From: Syntrophales bacterium
GTDB lineage: Bacteria; Desulfobacterota; Syntrophia; Syntrophales; UBA2210
Direction of reading: 5' to 3'
Assembly (NCBI GenBank): GCA_963662405.2
Contig: CAXXKT010000002.1
Coordinates: 6,578 to 70,577, forward strand
DNA: 64,000 nt
The stretch's first letter is position 1; every line of letters begins with the position of its first letter. The position numbers were made by a program, and so were the translations under genes. The notes under the pieces were generated by a model, which was not told the DNA's origin, did no database searches, and saw only the letters and a list, made by a program, of their open reading frames with translations. Shown here piece by piece: positions 11,071 through 20,571 of this stretch.

Positions 11071-11789
11071 TACGGTTTAACGGCCGCGGATGGAATGAAA
11101 TGCGGCGGATAAAGATAACCAGAGACTTCGTCTCGAGTGCGAAGGGGTCGGTCCTCATAGAAATAGGGGATACACGCGTGATATGCGCTGCCTCATTGGA
11201 AGACCGTGTGCCCCCCTTTCTGAAGAATTCGGGAAGGGGATGGCTGACCGCTGAATACGCCATGCTCCCCGCGTCCACGCCGCAAAGGAATGCTCGGGAG
11301 TCAGCGAGTGGAAAGATCAAAGGGAGAACGCACGAGATCCAGCGTCTGATAGGACGGTCGCTGCGGGCCGTGACCGATATGGCCGCTTTCGGTGAACGGA
11401 CGATCTTTATCGACTGCGATGTGATTCAGGCCGATGGAGGCACACGAACCGCATCCATCACCGGGGGATTTATCGCGCTGGTGGATGCCGCACGCCGACT
11501 GAAAGAGGAGGGGCTGATAGAACGCTTTCCTGTAAACGACTTTATCTCGGCGATCAGCGTCGGGATTGTCGACGGCGAAGTTCTTCTTGATCTGGATTAT
11601 GCTGAAGATTCGCATGCCGATGTCGATATGAACGTAGTCATGACCGGCAGCAAAGGGATCGTCGAGATCCAGGGAACTGCCGAGGCGGAACCCTTTCAGA
11701 GAGAACTGCTGGGTCGGATGATCGACACGGCGGACGCAGGGATCTCTCAACTGACGGAAAAGCAGAAGGAACTTCTCGGATCGCTCTAA
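11067..11789 (+). CDS. rph: ribonuclease PH
   Basis: 240 aa with [29 protein letters not shown] and [22 protein letters not shown] overlap with the amidase stop. Confidence 0.95.
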   Translation: MIRFNGRGWNEMRRIKITRDFVSSAKGSVLIEIGDTRVICAASLEDRVPPFLKNSGRGWLTAEYAMLPASTPQRNARESASGKIKGRTHEIQRLIGRSLRAVTDMAAFGERTIFIDCDVIQADGGTRTASITGGFIALVDAARRLKEEGLIERFPVNDFISAISVGIVDGEVLLDLDYAEDSHADVDMNVVMTGSKGIVEIQGTAEAEPFQRELLGRMIDTADAGISQLTEKQKELLGSL

Positions 11790-12460
11790 TGCCTCATTAT
11801 CGCGCTCCCGGATCAGCGTATGCTATGAACGAAGATGAAAAGCAAACAATCATTATCGCCTCGGAAAACAAGGGAAAGGTACGAGAACTTAAAGCGCTGC
11901 TTGAGGGAATGGAAGTGGACCTCCGGTCGCTGAGCGACTATCCTGACGCTCCTCATGTCGAGGAGAATGGGCGCACATTTCTTGAGAATGCCTTCATAAA
12001 GGCACGCACGATATCTGACTTTACCGGCATGACGGTCATTGCGGACGATTCCGGGTTGGAGGTTGACGCGCTCGGGGGGAGGCCTGGTATATATTCGGCC
12101 CGATATGCGGGAGATACAGCGACAGACGAAGAAAATATTTGCAAACTCTTATACGAAATGGGATCTGTTCCGGAAGGCAAGAGAGGGGCAGCCTTCCGTT
12201 GTGTGCTGGTTTTGTACCGGACCAACGGGACCTCTGAAACCTTTGAGGGGACATTGAGAGGATCAATTACTCGGGAACCATCGGGTAAAGAAGGATTCGG
12301 TTATGACCCCGTCTTTTTTGTCCCGGAATATATGGTCACCGTTGCCGAACTCGATCCGGCTGTCAAGAACCGGATCAGTCACCGGGGAAAGGCATTTGCA
12401 CAGCTCAAAGACCGTTTGGCCAAGGACCAGGCGGTCGATAAAAACTCAATCGGGGCGTAG
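11789..12460 (+). CDS. rdgB: dITP/XTP pyrophosphatase (RdgB/Ham1)
   Basis: Motifs [55 protein letters not shown] overlap with the rph stop; an alternative ATG lies at 11825. The last 10 nt overlap the tRNA 5' end. Confidence 0.9.
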   Translation: MPHYRAPGSAYAMNEDEKQTIIIASENKGKVRELKALLEGMEVDLRSLSDYPDAPHVEENGRTFLENAFIKARTISDFTGMTVIADDSGLEVDALGGRPGIYSARYAGDTATDEENICKLLYEMGSVPEGKRGAAFRCVLVLYRTNGTSETFEGTLRGSITREPSGKEGFGYDPVFFVPEYMVTVAELDPAVKNRISHRGKAFAQLKDRLAKDQAVDKNSIGA

Positions 12461-12527
12461 CGCAGCCTGGTAGCGCGCCTGCTTTGGGAGCAGGATGTCG
12501 CAGGTTCAAATCCTGCCGCCCCGACCA
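12451..12527 (+). tRNA. tRNA-Pro (anticodon UGG), CCA encoded
   Basis: Manual cloverleaf: acceptor CGGGGCG/CGCCCCG, D arm GCGC-AGCCTGGTA-GCGC, anticodon arm CCTGC-TTTGGGA-GCAGG (UGG), T arm GCAGG-TTCAAAT-CCTGC, discriminator A plus CCA. Confidence 0.95.
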
Positions 12528-12530
12528 TTT
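12483..12530. repeat. att repeat copy 1 (tRNA-Pro from the anticodon loop to 3 nt past CCA)
   Basis: The 48 bp TTTGGGAGCAGGATGTCGCAGGTTCAAATCCTGCCGCCCCGACCATTT are identical at 21977-22024. The last 30 bp are identical at 31815-31844. Confidence 0.9.
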
Positions 12531-12584
12531 AAATCAAGTACTTATGATATATTCAGGGGAGTCAAAAAGAGATACTTTTATTAC

Positions 12585-12607
12585 CGGACCGTTTCCGGTA
12601 CCATTTT
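12585..12607. repeat. 23-bp direct repeat CGGACCGTTTCCGGTACCATTTT (left copy)
   Basis: Exact copy at 21826-21848; the similarity extends about 7 bp further 5' (TTATTAC vs TTATTCT). It lies ~55 bp inside att copy 1. Confidence 0.85.
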
Positions 12608-12746
12608 AATGAGTGCTTGAAGCACAAAAAAGGCCCCCGATCTCTCAGGAGCTTCAAATCCTTGCAAAAAGATCAAGAATCCATTTCCTTACTAAGCAAC
12701 ATCAACATGCTATCCAAATACGATAAAAAGAAGGGGGCATAAAAAC

Positions 12747-13157
12747 ATGGGATTTTTATCGCGCTTGTTCGGATCAAAAAAGCAAGAACTTATTGTCAAT
12801 ATACCTGGTCCCGGCCTATTTAAGCATGATGTAGTCGGGGAATCAAAATATCAGAAGGAGCTATCCGCAATATGTGGTGGCAAAACAGAGGACGGCCACA
12901 AAAAGGTTGTAACTGCCCTGCTGATACATGAAGACACTAATAAATATGACAACAAAGCCATCCTTGTTGCTATTGATGGCAATCCGGTTGGTTATCTTGA
13001 TAGAGAAAATGCGAGACAATTCAGGAAACTTCTTGCCGATGAAGGCTATCCCGGAGCCGGGGCAACATGTGCCGCCAAAATAGTCGGTGGCTGGCAAAGG
13101 AAAGACGGAGACGAAGGTCATTTCGGTGTCAAGCTTGATCTACCAGTGGTGGAATGA
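12747..13157 (+). CDS. hypothetical protein, HIRAN-like domain (tentative)
   Basis: 136 aa with a good RBS (AAGGGGG). VVGESKYQKEL...ALLIHEDTNKYDNKAILVAIDGNPVGYLDRENA...GHFGVKLDL resembles bacterial HIRAN-domain proteins, judged from memory of the family only. Confidence 0.45.
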   Translation: MGFLSRLFGSKKQELIVNIPGPGLFKHDVVGESKYQKELSAICGGKTEDGHKKVVTALLIHEDTNKYDNKAILVAIDGNPVGYLDRENARQFRKLLADEGYPGAGATCAAKIVGGWQRKDGDEGHFGVKLDLPVVE

Positions 13158-13367
13158 GGGCCGGGTGGTCTGGGTTCTGTTTTGAAAAGGGGGAGCTATG
13201 AAAACAAGCAGACTGATTAAATGTAAAAAACGTGACGGCAGTTATTGTTATTGTTCTTCTGATACTATTTTTTCTAACAGGCGGCTTCGGTCTGATGTAT
13301 TAAGAATATGGGATGGAGCAATTAAAGAAAGGGTATAATTAACAGGCTTGAAAGGAGACCGTGGAAG

Positions 13368-13595
13368 ATGTCGCACACAATCAAAGAACTCCGAGAAACA
13401 AGTGATGAACAACTTATAATTGACCATGATAAAAAAGCAGACAGTACCGATCCGGGTGTGAATTATTACCTCGATGAATTGCAGCGCAGGCAACAAAACA
13501 GACAAACCAAAATCATGTTGTGGCTTACTGTTGTGATAACGATATTAACAGCCGCCAATGTCATTACGGTTTTTGCTTCTCTGGCGTGTCGATAA
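13368..13595 (+). CDS. hypothetical small protein with C-terminal transmembrane helix
   Basis: 75 aa, RBS AAAGGAGA 8 nt upstream. A polar N-terminus is followed by IMLWLTVVITILTAANVITVFASLA. Confidence 0.45.
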   Translation: MSHTIKELRETSDEQLIIDHDKKADSTDPGVNYYLDELQRRQQNRQTKIMLWLTVVITILTAANVITVFASLACR

Positions 13596-13752
13596 ATTCT
13601 CTGACTTCATATCGTCCTGGTTTCCGCTCAAAGCTATTCATTTCCGAGAGCTTTGCTTTCATAACCGCTCTGCCAGTTGACCACATAATCGCCCCGTCCC
13701 CGGTATTCATCCATCTTGAAATTTCGGTGTTCCATATTCCATAATGTTTCAT
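13564..13752 (-). CDS. hypothetical small protein
   Basis: Track ORF 13564..13767; ATG 13752 is preceded by GGAGGA at 7-nt spacing (MKHYGIWNTEISRWMNTGDG...). Confidence 0.35.
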   Translation of the reverse strand: MKHYGIWNTEISRWMNTGDGAIMWSTGRAVMKAKLSEMNSFERKPGRYEVREFIDTPEKQKP

Positions 13753-13786
13753 ATTGCTGTCCTCCATTTTAAGAAAGGATCAAATA

Positions 13787-13975
13787 ATGACCGCACGAAT
13801 AAAAAGTATTGACAACGATCTAATAACCCTTGATGACGGTCACGCATATCGCGCCGAAAGAATGGATATGAATCGCCTATCATCGTGGAACGTTAATGAC
13901 AAGGTTAGAATAGGATATGATTACCTATTCCACTTTAAGCGCGAAAAAAAGGTACACGTCAGGCGCGAACGATAG
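13787..13975 (+). CDS. hypothetical small protein
   Basis: Track ORF 13754..13975; ATG 13787 lies behind AAGAAAGGA (MTARIKSIDNDLITLDDGHAY...). Confidence 0.35.
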   Translation: MTARIKSIDNDLITLDDGHAYRAERMDMNRLSSWNVNDKVRIGYDYLFHFKREKKVHVRRER

Positions 13976-14141
13976 GAACCACGCACGCTACCTCTATAAG
14001 AAGTTTCCCCTCGCAGGCAATCTCTTGCCCCTGGAGATTTCTTTTTTTGAAATCGCGGTCAAGAGGATAAGCATCCTCTATTGATACGACTTCGATACCA
14101 GCCGCTTTAAGATCACTAATTACCTTCTCTATTGTTCCCAT
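13959..14141 (-). CDS. hypothetical small protein
   Basis: 60 aa with a strong RBS (AGGAGGTGAGGT before the ATG). It sits directly downstream of terL on the same strand. Confidence 0.4.
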   Translation of the reverse strand: MGTIEKVISDLKAAGIEVVSIEDAYPLDRDFKKRNLQGQEIACEGKLLIEVACVVPIVRA

Positions 14142-14212
14142 ACCTCACCTCCTGAATTTTTCTTAACTCTACCCCAGGCCGCCGTCTTCGGGAGAGGTCA
14201 ACAATCTTGCGA

Positions 14213-15853
14213 TTAAAAACACATCCCGGCGAGGATCTCCTCTTTCGTCATATTTTCGTATGCTGAAACGAACGCGTCTTCATGTAGCAACAGGCCACCG
14301 GCAAGGGCCATAATTGCCGCGACTGCTGCATCTATCTTCTCTACGGATCGCCGCTTGGAGGGTTTCAGGTTTCCTGCTGCATCCGCTTCCGTGGTCAGAT
14401 TCGATATACACCACCGTAGCACCGGGTCATCGTTGTGACGGAGTTTTCTGGAAAGTATCAGTTTCAAAAGTTCCTTCGTTGGTGCTGACTGATCTTTGTA
14501 GCCCTGCCCGTGTCCGACCATGACCACACTTTCAGATTCAAGTGCTTGTCTCACCGATTCAGAGCCCCATCGGTCAAAGTGAATGGACTGAAGGTCAAAT
14601 TGTGTTTTCAGTTGGAGAATCTTCTCTATGATGAAGTTGTATTCAATCACAGCACCGGGAATCGCTATCAAGTCACCACTGTTAATCCATTGCAGGTAAG
14701 GTTTTCTCCGGTGCTGTCTTGCGGTATCTTCGGGCAGCCAGGACCAGGACAGCAAGTAAAAAAGATCCTCTTCACCGTCAGGAGGGAAACACAAGGAAAA
14801 GGATGTCAAGTCCTGTGTGCTCGATAGGTCAAGGCCACCGTAGCATTTACGGCCCGAAAGGTCAGGGATATCGCCCTTGCAGGCATCCCAATCGGTCATA
14901 GATATGAAGGGTGTAGCCGCTTCTGTCCACTGATTCAAGTGCAGCCTCTTGAATACGGCTTCATATGCAGGGCTTTCCTTTGCCCGTTCACACTCCCGTG
15001 CCAAGTACTCTTTGGAAATCGAAACACCTAAACAGGGATTGACGGCCTCCCAGATTGCCGAATCTGTCCAAGCGGCCCCCGTGGGAGCCTCATAAATCAC
15101 AGGGAAGAAGGCCTTGTCATTAATAACGCCGTCCTGGACACCCTTGGCGTATTGATATTTTTCGTAACATATGCTTGTCTGATCATATCCCGCCGTAGTA
15201 ATGGAAAGCGTCAATGGTTCCCGCCTCGCTCCCGTACTGGTTTGTAAAACGTCGATCAATTCACGGTCGGCGATTGCGTGAAGTTCATCAAATATGACAA
15301 GGTTTGAATTGCTACCATGCTTTGTGTTTGCTTCTGACGATAGAACCCGAAACACGCTGTCACGGTCAGGATATCTGATTTCACTTCTTAAGACTTCGGC
15401 GCGCCTGTCCAAATCCTCATCTTTAAAAATCATCATTTTCGCTGTATCAAAGACTATCCGTGCTTGTTGTCGATCCGCTGCGCAAGCGTAGAGTTGCTGG
15501 CCACGCTCCTCTTGGCAAAACAGAAAAAAGAGCGCAATACCAGAGATTAAAAGGCTCTTTCCGTTCTTCCTCGGTATGAAGATAAAGGCCTCCCGGAATC
15601 GCCTGAGGTGTGTCTTCTCATGCTTCCAGCCGAAAAGGTGGCCGATAATAGCCTCCTGCCACAATTCAAGCACAAAGGGATATAGGGCCTTTTCTCCGTG
15701 GACATGGTGAAGACACTCATGGAAGAAATCAATAGCCTCTTGACCGGCCTCGGCGTCAAGGTAGTAGTCTCCGGCGCTCTGGTACGGGTCGAATCTGACC
15801 GGATACCCCGGATTGAATTTGATCCAATCATTTGAAGAATCTATTTTTTCCAT
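14213..15853 (-). CDS. terL: phage terminase large subunit
   Basis: 546 aa with Terminase_1-type N-terminal ATPase (FIFIPRKNGKSLLISGIALFF, VIFDELHA) and a C-terminal nuclease region. It overlaps the terS stop. Confidence 0.85.
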   Translation of the reverse strand: MEKIDSSNDWIKFNPGYPVRFDPYQSAGDYYLDAEAGQEAIDFFHECLHHVHGEKALYPFVLELWQEAIIGHLFGWKHEKTHLRRFREAFIFIPRKNGKSLLISGIALFFLFCQEERGQQLYACAADRQQARIVFDTAKMMIFKDEDLDRRAEVLRSEIRYPDRDSVFRVLSSEANTKHGSNSNLVIFDELHAIADRELIDVLQTSTGARREPLTLSITTAGYDQTSICYEKYQYAKGVQDGVINDKAFFPVIYEAPTGAAWTDSAIWEAVNPCLGVSISKEYLARECERAKESPAYEAVFKRLHLNQWTEAATPFISMTDWDACKGDIPDLSGRKCYGGLDLSSTQDLTSFSLCFPPDGEEDLFYLLSWSWLPEDTARQHRRKPYLQWINSGDLIAIPGAVIEYNFIIEKILQLKTQFDLQSIHFDRWGSESVRQALESESVVMVGHGQGYKDQSAPTKELLKLILSRKLRHNDDPVLRWCISNLTTEADAAGNLKPSKRRSVEKIDAAVAAIMALAGGLLLHEDAFVSAYENMTKEEILAGMCF

Positions 15854-16199
15854 TGCCGTTTTCCTCTTCTCTTGGTGTTATTTTTACACCTCGGCTGTAT
15901 GGTGACAGTCCAAAGTGAGACAAAAGTTTCAAATAAAGGTCGCTGTAAGCTTTCCACATGGTAAAGGCCGGATGTTTTTTAGTGGTATCATGGAGCCCGT
16001 CAACGGCCAGGCCTTCACGCTCTATCAGCCGGTCAGATACTGTCATCTTATGGTAAACGCGACACAGGGTTTCAAAGGTCTCACGGTCAAGATTGTCCAG
16101 TGAGCCCGACTCTACTAGGCGCGGGCCAACGCTTTTCCATAACCTTTTTCCGTGTTCTCCCAGGTCTGAAGGTGCTTTCCAGAGCTTTGTAATTTTCAT
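15828..16199 (-). CDS. terS: phage terminase small subunit, P27 family
   Basis: 123 aa. ...GKRLWKSVGPRLVESGSLDNLDRETFETLCRVYHKM...KLLSHFGLSPYSRGVKI is characteristic of P27-family small terminases. Confidence 0.75.
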   Translation of the reverse strand: MKITKLWKAPSDLGEHGKRLWKSVGPRLVESGSLDNLDRETFETLCRVYHKMTVSDRLIEREGLAVDGLHDTTKKHPAFTMWKAYSDLYLKLLSHFGLSPYSRGVKITPREEENGNGKNRFFK

Positions 16200-16250
16200 A
16201 ATTTCCTCATTTACCTAAAACCGATTGACCTTCAGCGGTGTGCTTCTGCC

Positions 16251-16634
16251 CTAGCGCCGGTATGACGATCTCGCGCTTTCTGAAGATTTTACCCCCCCCT
16301 TGGCCCCATGCTCAACGTTGTGACAGGCAAGACAAAGGCTTTCCAGGTTATCCATAGCGAAGGGATCGCCACCGGCTTTCACTTCTTGCTTGTGGTGAAC
16401 CATCGTGGCAGGTGTAACCCTTCCCTGATCCATGCACTTCTGACACAAGGGAAACTCTTCCAGGTGCAACCGTCTAACCTTGCGCCATTGCGATGATACA
16501 TAGAGCGGGTCAGGTGTTTTGTTACCTTTCTCTTTCGTGTATCCCTTCAAGTGCTCATCACAATAACCCGAAGCATTACGGGTCAGATTGTGACAACCCT
16601 TCATTTTACAGACTCTGAACGCTCTCTTTGCCAT
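16251..16634 (-). CDS. HNH endonuclease
   Basis: Start moved to MAKRAFRVCK. It has CQKC...VHHKQEVKAGGDPFAMDNLESLCLACHNVEH (HNH with zinc cysteines). The position upstream of terS/terL matches HK97-like cos packaging modules. Confidence 0.85.
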   Translation of the reverse strand: MAKRAFRVCKMKGCHNLTRNASGYCDEHLKGYTKEKGNKTPDPLYVSSQWRKVRRLHLEEFPLCQKCMDQGRVTPATMVHHKQEVKAGGDPFAMDNLESLCLACHNVEHGAKGGVKSSESARSSYRR

Positions 16635-16766
16635 CAATTTTTTCTCCGCTTTATCACAACACACAAACGAGCCAGCCCACAGCAAAACCCATTATGGCCA
16701 TACACATATGAAGAAATATCTCTATTACGTTCATCTCATTATCTCCTCGCATCCCTGTTATTTTGT

Positions 16767-18491
16767 TCACCGTGCCATTTCATCAAACCTTGAATATTCC
16801 CCGTGATAATAAAGCAGACATTCCCCGCCGCTGTTGTACCGGCTCGCCTCAATCCTGACCAAGGTTGCCGGATCATAACTTTCCGTTGCTAATTCCCCGC
16901 CGTTTCCCTTCTTCCTGGCCCGGTGTAAAATTATCAGGTGATCGCAATCCGAAAAGATTGAAGATGAATCTTTCAAATCCATTGCCGTCATGATTGAGTT
17001 GGCCTGAATCTTTCGCGGTTGTGCAATCAGGATGATAGGAATTTCAAGTTCTTCGGCAAGGAACTTGAAGGCTTGAACGGCAAGCCCGATTTCTTGAACC
17101 TGGTTATTGATTGACCGGCAAAGAAAATGAAGATGGTCAAAGCATATCAGCTTCAGACCATAGCGCCGAATTGCCGCTTTCAGTGTTTCCATGATCCCGT
17201 CAAGTGTCGGCTTCTGGTAGCAGTAACCCAGGTAAAAGGGCTTTCCCTTGAAGTCGATCCGCGCCCTTTCGATCTCTGCAAGACCGATCTCTTCTGATTT
17301 GTTATGGCATTGCATGGCCTTCTGAACGATCTTCATCGGTCGCATCTCAAGGCAAAAGAAGAGGGAAGGAATATCTTGAAGGGCGTTATGGGTGATGGTC
17401 TGTAAAGCAAGGGTTGACTTTCCTATCTTCGGGGGTGCGGATAGAACAATCAGTTCACCCGGCATAAAACCCGTTTTGATTATACGGTCAACAGCCCCCC
17501 AGCCGGTTCTAATCCCAGTCGCCTGGTCCGGTCGTTGCGCTTCCTCTCGATACTTTTTCACACCTTCGGCAAAGGTCATGATCCCGGCAACATCAAATTG
17601 ACGCGCTTCATTGACCATCTCGGAAAATTCATTATGACCGCCGCCGGCCCGGAATAGGTCGTTTACGTCCTGGCCATCAGGTAAGGCCACGTTTAAACAG
17701 CGCTCATATCCTAACCTCCGCGCCGCTTCACGGGCTCCCTTCTGTCCCGGTTCATCCTGGTCATAGCAAAGGTATATTTTCTTAACGGCTTGAAGCTGGT
17801 CAATCCATGACGGGTCAAATGATCCAGCCCCTGTGGTAACTCCAACAACGTTTTTTATTCCCTGGTCAATCAAGGTCAATGCGTCAAGTTCGCCCTCAGT
17901 GATATAGATCTCATCCGGGTGTTCCTCTACAACGTCACCGTTAAAAAGGATTGACCGGCAACCCTTAACGCGCCGGAAGGTCTTTTCTGTGGGGGGCAGT
18001 GACCGGCTCTTAATGTTTATCAGCTTGTCTTTTTCGTAGTGGGGTATGGTCAACCATCGGCCCCCGTCTCTGTCGATCTGTAATCCAAGCTTGAAAGCTT
18101 TGGCGGTCTCAATGCTGATCCCCCTGGCCTCTGTGATGTAACTTACGGCGTTCTGGTCGGTCAAAAGGCGCTCATAGGCTTCTGTGGCCTTCTTTTCATC
18201 CGGCTTGATTGAAGGGGCGTCTTTATCCTCGAAAGCCTGCCTGACGGCTCCCTGTGGCTTCTGGTTCATGCGTCTGGTCCCTCGCTGTGGTTGAAAGTCT
18301 CCATAATGTTTTTGCAGGGTGATAAGGTTTCCCCGTTCCTGGCACTTGTGGCAATAGAAAGCGCCTTCATCCGGATCCATGTAAAAATGACTTTTCGGAT
18401 CCCCGCAAAAGGGGCAGGTTTTCAAGACTGCCTGTCCTGATTGAATCCGGTATTCAAGCCCCTTGCTCTGAATATATTCAAGTGCCGTCAT
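16767..18491 (-). CDS. bifunctional DNA primase/helicase (T7 gp4-like)
   Basis: 574 aa: zinc finger CPFCGDPKSHFY...CHKCQERG, Toprim (ITEGELDALTL, CYDQDEPG), DnaB/RepA-like Walker A SAPPKIGKST and Walker B ICFDHLHFL. Confidence 0.85.
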   Translation of the reverse strand: MTALEYIQSKGLEYRIQSGQAVLKTCPFCGDPKSHFYMDPDEGAFYCHKCQERGNLITLQKHYGDFQPQRGTRRMNQKPQGAVRQAFEDKDAPSIKPDEKKATEAYERLLTDQNAVSYITEARGISIETAKAFKLGLQIDRDGGRWLTIPHYEKDKLINIKSRSLPPTEKTFRRVKGCRSILFNGDVVEEHPDEIYITEGELDALTLIDQGIKNVVGVTTGAGSFDPSWIDQLQAVKKIYLCYDQDEPGQKGAREAARRLGYERCLNVALPDGQDVNDLFRAGGGHNEFSEMVNEARQFDVAGIMTFAEGVKKYREEAQRPDQATGIRTGWGAVDRIIKTGFMPGELIVLSAPPKIGKSTLALQTITHNALQDIPSLFFCLEMRPMKIVQKAMQCHNKSEEIGLAEIERARIDFKGKPFYLGYCYQKPTLDGIMETLKAAIRRYGLKLICFDHLHFLCRSINNQVQEIGLAVQAFKFLAEELEIPIILIAQPRKIQANSIMTAMDLKDSSSIFSDCDHLIILHRARKKGNGGELATESYDPATLVRIEASRYNSGGECLLYYHGEYSRFDEMAR

Positions 18492-19255
18492 ATAATCCTC
18501 ATCCCCTGGCTTCTGTAATGTTCATCAAGGGCATGACTCCCTGTTGACTTCATAACTTCCACGCTTGTCATGCTGGTCTCTGGTTTCAGATTTCGGATGA
18601 TTCCCAAAAGGTACTTTTCGCCCTTCTTCTGTTCTGCATATCCCTTTTCAAGATAAGCCCTGGTCCCTGTCATAACCGACTCAACCGGGTATTTATTCCA
18701 TGACTGCAAAATGGACAGCTTCACACTGTCTGCAATTCGGTTTGATTTTCTGGTTGATGATATGGCTTGAAATGCCTGGTTGATGATTTCCTGGTTTGAA
18801 TATCTTTCTTCCAGGGCAGAGATTTCAGAAAGTATTTTTTCAGGGGTTCTTTTCTTCTTATGTTCTTTTGTTCTTGTATGTTGCCCTTTGTTTGCCACTT
18901 GTTTGTCGTTTTGCGTGTCGTTTTCGTTCTCACTGCTCTGGTAAACGCTCCAATTTACAATGGTAATTACCGAAAACTTGTTTGTCGTTTTGCGTGTCAA
19001 ATTTCCGGCCTTTTCCAGAAAATCAAGAATGGTGCGGATTTCCCGGACTGTAAGGCCCGTTTCCTTAGAAGCTACGCGTAATCCGAAGATGAATTGACCC
19101 GGCATAAGGTGGACAACCTGCAAGCCTACAATGGCATCAAATTCTTTATGGGTAGCCTTCATGAGGCAGTAGGTCCAGAAAGCCCAAAGCTTATGATTCT
19201 TGATCCATCCGGCATCAAGGGACTTGCGCCATAGTTTCACATAGCCTTGATTCAT
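18488..19255 (-). CDS. replication initiator-like protein (phage O / DnaD-like winged-helix N-terminus)
   Basis: 255 aa. MNQGYVKLWRKSLDAGWIKNHKLWAFWTYCLMKA... is typical of phage replication-protein N-termini. ATGA overlap with the primase gene. Confidence 0.5.
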   Translation of the reverse strand: MNQGYVKLWRKSLDAGWIKNHKLWAFWTYCLMKATHKEFDAIVGLQVVHLMPGQFIFGLRVASKETGLTVREIRTILDFLEKAGNLTRKTTNKFSVITIVNWSVYQSSENENDTQNDKQVANKGQHTRTKEHKKKRTPEKILSEISALEERYSNQEIINQAFQAISSTRKSNRIADSVKLSILQSWNKYPVESVMTGTRAYLEKGYAEQKKGEKYLLGIIRNLKPETSMTSVEVMKSTGSHALDEHYRSQGMRII

Positions 19256-19464
19256 TTATCCGCCCCCACTGGTAGCTGATACGCCTTCGGATCTTCAAAC
19301 CGGGCATTGAAGAGTGCTGCAATTTCTTCCTCAGTGATCTGGACACGGCCCCTCTTATCTGCCAGTTCAGCGATTAGAAGGAACATGTTCGCGCCCAGAG
19401 GATTCTTCTGGAAAAGACGGTTGTACCGCTTCTTGAATTTCCGGTTCGGCTTGACGTCGATCAT
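19252..19464 (-). CDS. hypothetical protein
   Basis: Start moved to MIDVKPNRKF. It overlaps the downstream gene by 4 nt and is co-oriented within the replication module. Confidence 0.4.
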   Translation of the reverse strand: MIDVKPNRKFKKRYNRLFQKNPLGANMFLLIAELADKRGRVQITEEEIAALFNARFEDPKAYQLPVGADK

Positions 19465-19466
19465 GA

Positions 19467-19673
19467 TTAGGCCTCGATAGAACCCCGCGAACCATCCCGC
19501 GCCGCTAATCGTTCCGCCAGCCATGCATCAATCTCTTCTTCAAGCCAGCCAACAGAGTTTCCCCCCAACTGTAGCCGCTTCGGGAATCGTCCCGCCTTTT
19601 CCATTCTCCAGATAGTGGGATCGCTGAGGGGAACCCGTGATAGAAGTTCCGGTTTTCTGATTACTCTGGTCAT
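19467..19673 (-). CDS. alpA: AlpA-family transcriptional regulator / excisionase-like HTH
   Basis: Start moved to MTRVIRKPELLSRVPLSDPTIWRMEKAGRFPKRLQLGGNSVGWLEEEIDAWL, the classic AlpA/HTH_17 pattern. Confidence 0.8.
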   Translation of the reverse strand: MTRVIRKPELLSRVPLSDPTIWRMEKAGRFPKRLQLGGNSVGWLEEEIDAWLAERLAARDGSRGSIEA

Positions 19674-19788
19674 TGTTGCTTTTCCTTTCCGGCAAAAAAA
19701 ATGCCCATCAAGTGTTCTTTTGATAGGCATTAAAGCACAGTACAAAACATTGCTCTATGTATGGGGGTACGGCAGTTACGTACAGTAT

Positions 19789-20571
19789 TTATGGTGTAAC
19801 AGTGATATTGTTTCCCATTGGTGCGGCGTTTGTTGTATCGATCTTGACTGCGAAAGTATTTTTTGTGGCATAAATGACTGGTGAATCTTTGCCGTTTAAC
19901 AAGGTTGCATCCTTACCCGTGGCACCAGATAGGGTAACAATGTCACCGTCTAAAAGACCGTGATTTTCTTTTTCTATGATTGTAGGATAGCCTATTCTGG
20001 CAGTACAGTCCCGTACAGGGTCTTTCTTCCATTTTTCAGCGTTCCGATAAAACCATTGCTTAACAGTTTCAAAATTTATGTCTGTTCCCCACTCTTCTTT
20101 GACACATTGCGCCGCACCACGGAAGATATCATCCATTGGTTTGCCATCATTCTTGTTGATTTGATCAATAACATATGAAATAGCAATGATTCTTTCGCGA
20201 TAGGATTTGTATTGTTTCCAAGGTCCAGAACCGCCAGAAGAATCAAAGCCGAAGCACCAATCGAGCTTATTTGCCTTATTGTCTGTACGCATAAGACGCT
20301 TTGCGGTCCCGTCAAGATATTTTAATATCCATTCAGGGAGCGGGAGGCTGTTCTCCCGTACAAATTGGTAGGCGTCCCATACAGCAAGAGGGTTTCCTGT
20401 TTCCTCATAATCAAGTTTAAATCCATCAAGTGATCTCTTCTTTTGCTGCTGGATTATATCCAGCCCTCTAAAATAGGCTTTTAAACGAACCTCCACGGGT
20501 CCGCTTTCAGGCACTTCGGGGGGCAGAAGATAGTAGTTTAGAGGTAGTGTTCTACGTCGTTTTTTAGCCAT
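19789..20571 (-). CDS. hypothetical protein (260 aa) between integrase and alpA
   Basis: Start at MAKKRRRTLPL, 4 nt after the integrase stop. No motif recognised. Confidence 0.5.
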   Translation of the reverse strand: MAKKRRRTLPLNYYLLPPEVPESGPVEVRLKAYFRGLDIIQQQKKRSLDGFKLDYEETGNPLAVWDAYQFVRENSLPLPEWILKYLDGTAKRLMRTDNKANKLDWCFGFDSSGGSGPWKQYKSYRERIIAISYVIDQINKNDGKPMDDIFRGAAQCVKEEWGTDINFETVKQWFYRNAEKWKKDPVRDCTARIGYPTIIEKENHGLLDGDIVTLSGATGKDATLLNGKDSPVIYATKNTFAVKIDTTNAAPMGNNITVTP

